The notes beneath the pieces are model-generated. The model did no database searches, had not been told where the DNA came from, and worked only from the letters and a program-made list of their open reading frames with translations. Positions 56,671 through 64,000 of a stretch of DNA of 64,000 nucleotides are shown piece by piece (within the stretch, counting starts at the first letter, position 1; each line of letters starts with the position of its first letter). The stretch lies in the IMG/VR virus record IMGVR_UViG_3300037541_000804, positions 1 through 64,000 of that record, one strand, 5' to 3'. This DNA is from a virus. Position numbers and translations under genes: made by a program.

Positions 56671-56720
56671 AGTTTTCAGTAAATTTTGGTGTAACAACTA
56701 ATAACTCTTTCTAAAACTAT

Positions 56721-57845
56721 ATGGCAAAAAATCGTTCCCTCTATAATGCTCTTGGCGTCTATGCCTCCCAATTCGTCACTAGTACTGGTAGCGGCCAGCA
56801 TGTTCAACTAAAGCGCGTTCAAAGCGTTGGTCACTCGTCTGAAATTAATCGTACAGACGTTCTACAACTTGGAGATTTAGCCAGAATTGGAGCTATTGTA
56901 ACCTCTCCTCCTACTGTTTCTGCTGATTTGACCTATCTTCTTTCTGACGGGGCTGTAGAAAAAGCCCTTGGCTTCTACGTTCAAAATCCAAGCTCTCTTG
57001 GCGAAGCAAACTTTGCATCTGGTCAGATGGTTTCTTCTAGCGGCCTCAATTTGTTCGTTGTAGAAGGATCAGAAGGTTTCGATTTGAATCGTGAAACATC
57101 TCTCTCTGGGAAAGCAATCGTAGCTCTTGGAAACTGTTTCCTTTCAAATTACTCCGTAGAAGCTGCTGTCGGCGGATTCCCAACGGTGTCCGTTTCCTTT
57201 GATGCATCCAACAAACTTGCCGATTCATACTACCACTTGGGAGCAATCACTGGAACTCAAAACCCAGCCGTAGATATTGTTAATGGTCAACCAATTTCCT
57301 CCGCTACTGGCGTTCGCCTACCAATCCCGACTACTGGAGATGGCGCTATTGCACTTCGCCCAGGAGACGTGACGATTTCCTTTGGCACTCTTACTGGAAC
57401 TTCTGCGACTAAAGCCTCTGCTTTCAGCGCATTAGAAGGTGCGGATGGTCTTCGCGTTCAAAGCGTTTCTCTTTCTCTCCCTCTGTCTAGAACCCCAATC
57501 GAACAACTTGGTTCTCGCTTCCCATTTGCGCGTCCTGTTGATTTCCCAATCACAGCATCCCTCTCTGTATCCGCTCTAGCCAATGAGCAAGTTAAACGTA
57601 ATCTCGCTTCAATGCTTGATGACGTTTCCACTAGCGATATTACCATTGTAATTAACCAACCAGATGGTTCTGGAGGCGTTCGTTACGTTCTAAAAGGCGC
57701 TCAATTTGACAGCGAAAGTTCTTCTATTGATATTGGTTCGAATCGCACCGTTGATCTTAGCTTCTCCGCTCAAGTTGGTGGCCCAAATACCACTAATGTT
57801 GGCGTGTTTATGAGTGGGAGTCACAATGGAGCAGTATTCGCCTAA
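56721..57845 (+). CDS. major tail (tube) protein
   Basis: RVQS...R....QLG twice; own GTGTAA and terminator. Confidence 0.75.
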   Translation: MAKNRSLYNALGVYASQFVTSTGSGQHVQLKRVQSVGHSSEINRTDVLQLGDLARIGAIVTSPPTVSADLTYLLSDGAVEKALGFYVQNPSSLGEANFASGQMVSSSGLNLFVVEGSEGFDLNRETSLSGKAIVALGNCFLSNYSVEAAVGGFPTVSVSFDASNKLADSYYHLGAITGTQNPAVDIVNGQPISSATGVRLPIPTTGDGAIALRPGDVTISFGTLTGTSATKASAFSALEGADGLRVQSVSLSLPLSRTPIEQLGSRFPFARPVDFPITASLSVSALANEQVKRNLASMLDDVSTSDITIVINQPDGSGGVRYVLKGAQFDSESSSIDIGSNRTVDLSFSAQVGGPNTTNVGVFMSGSHNGAVFA

Positions 57846-57897
57846 TTAACCTTTAAAGGCCGCATTAGCCTAAAAACTAGCGGCTAAACTCCTTAAC

Positions 57898-57930
57898 AAA
57901 AAAGCCCGCCGATTTGGCGGGCTTTTTCTT
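57898..57930. terminator. bidirectional intrinsic terminator
   Basis: AAAAAAGCCCGCC-gattt-GGCGGGCTTTTT between convergent genes. Confidence 0.92.
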
Positions 57931-57938
57931 TGGCCGAA

Positions 57939-58391
57939 TTAGCTAGACAATTGGTCCCAAAGGCTTTTGTAATACATCCCATACCCCAGCATAATTTGCC
58001 GAAACCGTAGGGTTGTTATGGAATGTTTCGCGCCAGACTTGTCGGCAATAACTTGGCTTGTGTCATTGCTAATCAAACCTAGAGACAATGCTTCTTGCAC
58101 CAGGGTTAACATTTGAGTGAATGCGTTTCTGTCAGATTCAGCCAAACCAAGAACAAAGCCTTCTGGCTCAACTTGATAACCCTTGGACACTAATGGATTT
58201 GAATGGATGTTTCCATTTTCGACAAACATTTGAATAGCATCATCTAAAGAGTCTGCCCAAATCCAACCATCCACTGGATACTCATATGAATCTTTATCAG
58301 CCACTACCAGCATGTAGCCAGGGCCATCCACTATATTTGGGGCAAATAAAATTTGCGTTTCGTCTTTTTTGTAAAATCCTGCGTTGTTCAT
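57939..58391 (-). CDS. tail-fibre-associated protein
   Basis: GFYK...APN.V...YEYPVDGW.W; downstream of LRR protein. Confidence 0.55.
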   Translation of the reverse strand: MNNAGFYKKDETQILFAPNIVDGPGYMLVVADKDSYEYPVDGWIWADSLDDAIQMFVENGNIHSNPLVSKGYQVEPEGFVLGLAESDRNAFTQMLTLVQEALSLGLISNDTSQVIADKSGAKHSITTLRFRQIMLGYGMYYKSLWDQLSS

Positions 58392-58395
58392 AAAA

Positions 58396-60750
58396 TTAAC
58401 CTGTTACTGCGAACCCTTTGAGAATAGCTTTGTATGTGCCTAGCAAGCGAAACGCTAGTGTCTGTGCTGAACCACCAGCCATGGGTCTTGACATGGTGAC
58501 GCTTGTATTAGGCACAATGCTAACAATGGTTGAATTGTATTTCGCTGTTCCAGAGCCATTGGTTGTTAATGGTAATGCTGCTCCACCCAATGTGCTAGCT
58601 ACTTGAAAATTATCAGCAGCAGCATTAACCACAAAATAAATTGTATTAATTACAATGCCCGTTGTTGTGGTGATGACTGAGAAAGCAACTTCATTTCCAT
58701 CGCTCAATCCATGTGCTGTAAGATTTACTAAATCACCAGCATCAGTAAATGTTACTGCTCGTCCTGTTGTGAGACTAGTATTGGTTCCAGTGACTTGCAT
58801 ACCAGCAGATAATCCAGTGGTGCTAGCCATTGTGATGGTTGTAGAACCAGCAGCAGGTGTTCCAGTTAATGAGACTGGTGTTGGAGCACCCCAGGTATTT
58901 GATATAGTTAAGGTTCTTGTTGCTCCTACGAGTGCTGTTCCTAAATTTGTAAAGATTGTTTCAAGCGCATCTTTTGCAAGTTTGCATTGGCTAAAAGATG
59001 CAGTAACTCTTAAATTAGTAGCATTAAAAGTAGCCAAGCTAAAGCAGTTAGTGAGTGTTAAACCACCAACTAAATTCAAATTCATGGCAGGAATTTCAGT
59101 TAAGCTATAACAGTAATAAAACGCGTTTGTCATATCAGTTGCAGCAACTGTATTAAACGCAGGAATAGTCATTAAACTGACACAGCTATTAAATGCAGAA
59201 CTAAATGAAGTCACTTTAATGGTATTAAATAATGGTATCACTTTTAAAGCATAACAGCTAAGAAACATACTGTCAAAAGTAGTAACATTTGCTGTATTAA
59301 ACAAAGGTACAGATGATAAGCTATAACAGTTGCGGAACATGCCACCCGTGCTTGTAACTGCACTGGTATTAAATAATGGAACTGTTACTAAACTATGGCA
59401 ATTTAGGAACATGCTACTCATGTTTGTGACTGCTACAGTATTAAATAAAGGAACTGTTTTCAAACTAATACAGGATGAAAACATAGTGCTCATGTTTGTT
59501 ACTTTAACAGTATTCATTAATCCAACATTAATTAATGAATAACAGCCACTAAACATGCTATCCATGCTTAATACATTAGCCGCATTAAATGCTGGAACAT
59601 TTTGCAGTGCATAGCAATTTGTGAACATGGATGCCATAGTGGTAGCAGTGATAGTATTAAACAACGGTACAGTTTCTAAAACATAACAATTTGTAAACAT
59701 ATTGCCCATCTGCGTCACCGCTACAGTATTGAATAATGGTACTGACACTAGGCTATGGCAGTTTATAAACATGCTACTCACATCTGTTACCCTAACTGTA
59801 TTAAATAAAGGAACTGTTTTAAGGGAGTAACAAACCTGAAACATTTGACTCATAATAGTACAGCTACGAGTATCATATAGCGGTACACTCACCAATGAAT
59901 AACATTGGTAAAACATAGTTCTCATAGTTGTCACTGCTGCTGTATTAAATAGTGGAGCTACTGATAAACTACGACAATCATAAAACATTGATTCAGTAGT
60001 AAGCAAACCTGATAAATTTGCATTAGAACTGAATCTAACATCTAATAAACACCAACAGAAAGCAAACATACCTGATGTGGTTGTTACTGCTGCTGTTACA
60101 CCAACATCAACAAGCAACAAACTATACATGCTGTATAGTAAATTTGCAAAACTGGTTAATGTGCCTGTATTGATAAAATTAATGTATCTGCAACGTCTGG
60201 GATATATAGTAGATGAACCGTTTATTGTCCCAATTGTTAATGATGTTAGATTTGGAGCAGAAAGATATATTTCGTGTATGGGTTGACTATAATAGTTAAC
60301 CGACAACATGGAAGAGTGGCTGGTCTGAAGATTTACAGATGTTATATTTGCTCCTCCTTGTGGTGTTATAATCACCCATGCTTGCTTAAACCCATCAGAT
60401 GTTAAAGTGGAATTGGTTGGATCAAATGTTGCAAAATCATAGGAGTATTGTGCTGCTGTACCAGATGAGACGTTTTGTGGTGCTGTTCCATCTCCCCAAT
60501 CAACTGTATAGTTGCCTGCAATGGTAAAAGCTAGATAATTAGATGAATCATTTGATATAAAAACCAACAACGCAATCTTCTGTTCTGCGCTAGAGATAAC
60601 AGGAGGTGTAAGCAAATCGGTGGGACGATCTGTGCTAGTTGAAGCCGCAATGGGTTTTTTTAGATTATTAAATCTATTATACCCCATGAAAGAGGATGAG
60701 ATGATTTTATCCGCAGACGTTGCTGCTTTCTGGCCGTATCTGATGCTCAT
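58396..60750 (-). CDS. BspA/DUF285-like leucine-rich-repeat protein with PKD-like N-domain, candidate receptor-binding protein
   Basis: VDWGDGT; about 13 repeats of 24 aa VPLFNT..VT.M..MF..C.SL. Confidence 0.85.
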   Translation of the reverse strand: MSIRYGQKAATSADKIISSSFMGYNRFNNLKKPIAASTSTDRPTDLLTPPVISSAEQKIALLVFISNDSSNYLAFTIAGNYTVDWGDGTAPQNVSSGTAAQYSYDFATFDPTNSTLTSDGFKQAWVIITPQGGANITSVNLQTSHSSMLSVNYYSQPIHEIYLSAPNLTSLTIGTINGSSTIYPRRCRYINFINTGTLTSFANLLYSMYSLLLVDVGVTAAVTTTSGMFAFCWCLLDVRFSSNANLSGLLTTESMFYDCRSLSVAPLFNTAAVTTMRTMFYQCYSLVSVPLYDTRSCTIMSQMFQVCYSLKTVPLFNTVRVTDVSSMFINCHSLVSVPLFNTVAVTQMGNMFTNCYVLETVPLFNTITATTMASMFTNCYALQNVPAFNAANVLSMDSMFSGCYSLINVGLMNTVKVTNMSTMFSSCISLKTVPLFNTVAVTNMSSMFLNCHSLVTVPLFNTSAVTSTGGMFRNCYSLSSVPLFNTANVTTFDSMFLSCYALKVIPLFNTIKVTSFSSAFNSCVSLMTIPAFNTVAATDMTNAFYYCYSLTEIPAMNLNLVGGLTLTNCFSLATFNATNLRVTASFSQCKLAKDALETIFTNLGTALVGATRTLTISNTWGAPTPVSLTGTPAAGSTTITMASTTGLSAGMQVTGTNTSLTTGRAVTFTDAGDLVNLTAHGLSDGNEVAFSVITTTTGIVINTIYFVVNAAADNFQVASTLGGAALPLTTNGSGTAKYNSTIVSIVPNTSVTMSRPMAGGSAQTLAFRLLGTYKAILKGFAVTG

Positions 60751-60752
60751 AA

Positions 60753-61118
60753 TTATGCAGTGATTCTGTTGACGTAACCATAAACATTGATTCCGCTCGC
60801 TACTGAACTCAAACCATAAACAACGCTAGCAGTTGATCCGCTTCCCTCTAAAACAAAACCAGGAGATACTAATATCGGACCAGCGTAAGCTTGAACATTA
60901 ATTGGACCAAGAATATTTGTCGCGCCAGTCAAACCCCAATAGACAGTCAAAAGAGCATCTGAGGCTCCAGTGTTATTGGCGTATAGCCAAATTTCATCAA
61001 GGTCAGTAGCGTTGTTTTGAGTGGCATGTACTTGAACGCCTGGAACTCCAGTGGAGGTCAATAAAATACCAGCGCCAATTGCTGTTTGAGATAGTGGGAT
61101 TTTTGAATAAGAAGGCAT
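60753..61118 (-). CDS. small virion-associated protein
   Basis: DEIWLYA.N...GYVNRIT; tail fibre locus. Confidence 0.6.
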   Translation of the reverse strand: MPSYSKIPLSQTAIGAGILLTSTGVPGVQVHATQNNATDLDEIWLYANNTGASDALLTVYWGLTGATNILGPINVQAYAGPILVSPGFVLEGSGSTASVVYGLSSVASGINVYGYVNRITA

Positions 61119-61119
61119 A

Positions 61120-64000
61120 TTATGCGAACATTGAAATTGAAATAACTAAATTGGAATCATTAACATTAATGCTTCCGCCACCGCCACCGCCACCAGTTCC
61201 AGCATTATCCGCAAAAGAACCAGTGACAGTTGAGCCATCTCTTTGAAAAAGAGTAATAAACTTAGTGGTGTCGCCAGTGATAGTCATGCCAGTGATGGCA
61301 TCATTAAAACCAGTAATAGCATAACCACTGATTGATTGGCCGTTGCTCAAACCGTAATAGCGGCCATCTGCCGCGCCCGTGGTCAGGAACGCGCCCGTGA
61401 GCGCGGAAGCGGCAAACGCTCCAGTTTGTGAGGATGTAATAAACGAACCAGTATTTGAGGCCAAAGCATAAGCTGAAATTCCTGATACATCTCCAGTATT
61501 AATTTGACGAGCAAACCAAGAGCCGCTGCTCGAATTATACATCAGCGTATCATTAGAACTTGCATTCTTGGCATAAACCCGATGCAGTTCTTCAATTTCG
61601 AAACCATTTTGAGGTTTAACATAAACTTTACCGTTGTTTGATTGAGAACGTAAAACAACGCCCAAATAAACAAGATGATTGTTGCCATAAGGTTTGTTGC
61701 CAGTGCCAAAAATAATATCTCCAGTTGTGCCAAGCCACATTGGATCGCCAGCCGTAGCAGCGCTCGTATTAAATCCCTCTAAGATTCCTTCTGATACAAT
61801 ATAGCCAAAGTCATTAGAGTTTAGGTTTTGAGCTAAAAGGCCAATGGTTCTCGAAGAGGTTCGTTCTCCAGTATTTGACGCTCTTTTAATTAATGGGTTT
61901 TCTCCATTGGCTCCGCCAATATAGACTGGTTGACCCTTATACAAGGCAAAGGATTCATCGTTTTTACCATATAATTGTATACCTTCAAGAAGGGTCCCAC
62001 TGGTTAAAAAACTCCCCGTCTGTTCTGTTGTAACGAAAGTTCCCGTCGCAGATTGTAGATTAGCAATTAATCCGCTATGATAGCCGCTTATTCCTGTAGC
62101 AAAGGTAATAGTGGCATACGAGGATAGATCAACCCCAGTAATAAACCCAGAAGGATTATTAATCGGATAAAATTGCCCAGTTTGAGAGGAAGTTATAAAA
62201 ACACCCGTTGTAGAGTTGATACCGTTAATCTGCCCCTGCAAATGGCCGCTAACGCCAGTAACGTATCCAGTTGACGCTAAATTTGAAACATCTGCCGCGA
62301 CAAGATAAGACGAGGGATTACTTGATAATGGATAATACCTAGCATCTCCCGCTCCCGTGGTTAAAAACCCACCAGTTTGAGAAGCGGTAACGTAACTTCC
62401 AATTGGTTGATAACCAGTCAAAAATCCAGTCGATCCAGACACGGTAATTGTAGAACCAGCGACAGTGACGGAGTTGTTTCCCGCTCCAGCCACGGTAATG
62501 GTTCCCGAAAGACCATTAAGGGTTCCAACGCCAGCGCTACTGGCTGAAATCAATGACGCAAGATAACCGCTGACACCAGTGACGTAGCCCGTAGTTGCAT
62601 AACTAGAAAGATCAACGCCAGTGATGTAATTCGCTGGGTTAGAAGCTGCATAAAATTGGCCCGTTTGACCAGTCGTAACGAAGTTTCCAGTTTGAGAATT
62701 TATTGCAGATACTTGCGTTTGTAAATGCCCAGAAACTCCTGTTACATAAGGAACTGTTGCATAATTAGACAGGTTTACTCCAGTAATGTATCCACTAGGA
62801 TTAGAATTGAGTGGGTAAAAAAGATTAGAATACGAGCCAGTATTAGATTGAAGCGCGTATCGAACATCTCCCGCTCCCGTAGTTAGAAATGATCCCGTAT
62901 TGGCCGAAAGAGAAAACTGTCCAGTAACAGATTCGATAGCCGAAATTTGAATGTCCAAATAACCACTTATTCCAGTAACGAATGGTATCGTCGCATAGTT
63001 AGATAAATCAACACCCGTGATGAAGCCTCCAGTGCCATTTTGTATTGAAGTAATTTGTCCCTGGAGATGCCCGCTTACGCCAGTGACGTACGATTGAGTT
63101 GCGTACGTTGATAAATCGGCGGAAACCAAAAACCCGCTAGGGTTTCCCGTCAATGGATAAAACGCTCCAGTATATGCCCCAGTGGCAGATTGTAGAGTGT
63201 ATCTGTTGTCGCCCGCACCAGTTGTTAAGAACGCGCCAGTATTAGACGCCAAGGCAAACAATCCTGTGACACCCTCAACACTAGACAGGCGAGTGTTTAA
63301 GATGCCCGTCGCGGATTGTAGGTTAGAAATTAACCCACTGTGATAGCCGCTAACTCCTGTAACAAAAGCTATTGTGGCGTACTGAGATAGATCAACACCA
63401 GTAATATATCCAGAGGGATTATTGATTGGATAAAACTGACCAGTCTGAGAAGATGTTATAAAAACACCCGTCGCGGAATTAATATTATTGATCTGACCCT
63501 GTAAATATCCGCTAACGCCAGTGACATATCCTGTTGACGCTAGGCTTGAAATGTCCGCTGCAACAAGATAAGATAGTGGGTTGCTTGATAGCGGGTAATA
63601 CCTTGAATCGCCCGCTCCTGTGGTTAAAAATCCACCAGTTTGCGAAGTGGTGACATAATTACCAACTGGTTGATAACCTGTCAAAAATCCAGTCGCTCCA
63701 GACACCGTGATGGTAGAGCCAGCGACAGAGACGGTATTGTTGCCCGCTCCTGCGAGGGTTAATGATCCAGATAATCCATTAAGAGTTCTAACACCCGCGC
63801 TACTAGCCGAAATCAACGACGCAAGATAGCCGCTAACGCCAGTCACATAGCCAGTAGTTGCGTAATTAGAAAGATCAACTCCAGTAATGTAATTCGCTGG
63901 ATTAGACGCCGCATAAAACTGACCCGTCTGGCCAGTTGTAATGAAATTACCGCTTTGGGAGTTTATTGCGGAAATTTGCGCTTGCAAATAACCAGAAACT
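61120..64000 (-). CDS. long TG/SG-rich repetitive tail fibre protein (starts beyond the right edge)
   Basis: repeats NPSGYITGVDLS.YAT..YVTGVSG.LQ.QI; open to the window edge. Confidence 0.85.
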   Translation of the reverse strand, partial: VSGYLQAQISAINSQSGNFITTGQTGQFYAASNPANYITGVDLSNYATTGYVTGVSGYLASLISASSAGVRTLNGLSGSLTLAGAGNNTVSVAGSTITVSGATGFLTGYQPVGNYVTTSQTGGFLTTGAGDSRYYPLSSNPLSYLVAADISSLASTGYVTGVSGYLQGQINNINSATGVFITSSQTGQFYPINNPSGYITGVDLSQYATIAFVTGVSGYHSGLISNLQSATGILNTRLSSVEGVTGLFALASNTGAFLTTGAGDNRYTLQSATGAYTGAFYPLTGNPSGFLVSADLSTYATQSYVTGVSGHLQGQITSIQNGTGGFITGVDLSNYATIPFVTGISGYLDIQISAIESVTGQFSLSANTGSFLTTGAGDVRYALQSNTGSYSNLFYPLNSNPSGYITGVNLSNYATVPYVTGVSGHLQTQVSAINSQTGNFVTTGQTGQFYAASNPANYITGVDLSSYATTGYVTGVSGYLASLISASSAGVGTLNGLSGTITVAGAGNNSVTVAGSTITVSGSTGFLTGYQPIGSYVTASQTGGFLTTGAGDARYYPLSSNPSSYLVAADVSNLASTGYVTGVSGHLQGQINGINSTTGVFITSSQTGQFYPINNPSGFITGVDLSSYATITFATGISGYHSGLIANLQSATGTFVTTEQTGSFLTSGTLLEGIQLYGKNDESFALYKGQPVYIGGANGENPLIKRASNTGERTSSRTIGLLAQNLNSNDFGYIVSEGILEGFNTSAATAGDPMWLGTTGDIIFGTGNKPYGNNHLVYLGVVLRSQSNNGKVYVKPQNGFEIEELHRVYAKNASSNDTLMYNSSSGSWFARQINTGDVSGISAYALASNTGSFITSSQTGAFAASALTGAFLTTGAADGRYYGLSNGQSISGYAITGFNDAITGMTITGDTTKFITLFQRDGSTVTGSFADNAGTGGGGGGGSINVNDSNLVISISMFA

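Noticed and set aside
59090-60070. Regular 72-bp repeats as a CRISPR array or DGR template
   Set aside because: They are in-frame degenerate LRR codons, with no constant repeat/unique spacer pattern, no adenine-specific TR/VR pair and no reverse transcriptase in the window.
285-61733. Many short antisense or alternate-frame ORFs in the track (e.g. 285-512, 2854-3201, 35819-36277, 45133-45663, 58655-59110)
   Set aside because: They are shadows of well-supported genes, without motifs or expression signals.
1-64000. Stop-codon reassignment; tRNA or rRNA genes
   Set aside because: Conserved genes are full length in the standard code with all three stops used; no cloverleaf or rRNA recognised by eye (tRNAscan-SE not run).

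Overview
A 64-kb slice of a large tailed dsDNA bacteriophage genome, read in the standard genetic code and probably siphovirus-like (2174-aa tape measure, no sheath gene in the window). Left to right: (1) nucleotide metabolism: dNMP kinase, 5'-deoxyribonucleotidase and a class Id-like ribonucleotide reductase. (2) A 10.4-kb, 13-gene glycan cluster: GT90, GT2, GT11, exostosin-like, two methyltransferases, TPP enzyme, Zn-ADH, HldE-like kinase, Fcl, Gmd. (3) Replication and recombination: RecA-like, DnaB, primase, HIRAN-nuclease, a DnaE split into PHP, exonuclease and polymerase genes, and two LAGLIDADG homing endonucleases. (4) A ClpA/C-like ATPase. (5) A tail/neck module in divergent operons. 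The top finding is a tnpA-less IS605/IS1341-type TnpB element (53263-54572). Its predicted guide (TTAACACAGGCTCAAAAG) and TAM (TTAT) correspond to a synonymous allele of codons 4-11 of the adjacent virion gene. The resident copy of that gene differs only synonymously, lacks the TAM, and has its own promoter, while tnpB itself carries the phage's putative late-promoter motif. This looks like an RNA-guided homing or phage-competition endonuclease with built-in self-immunity. Two further insertions flanked by duplicated gene termini occur at dnaB and the HIRAN nuclease. Other themes are probable virion glycosylation, a GTGTAA late promoter, leaderless sigma70-type promoters and GGCC enrichment. 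All family calls come from motif recognition by eye; no database searches were run.
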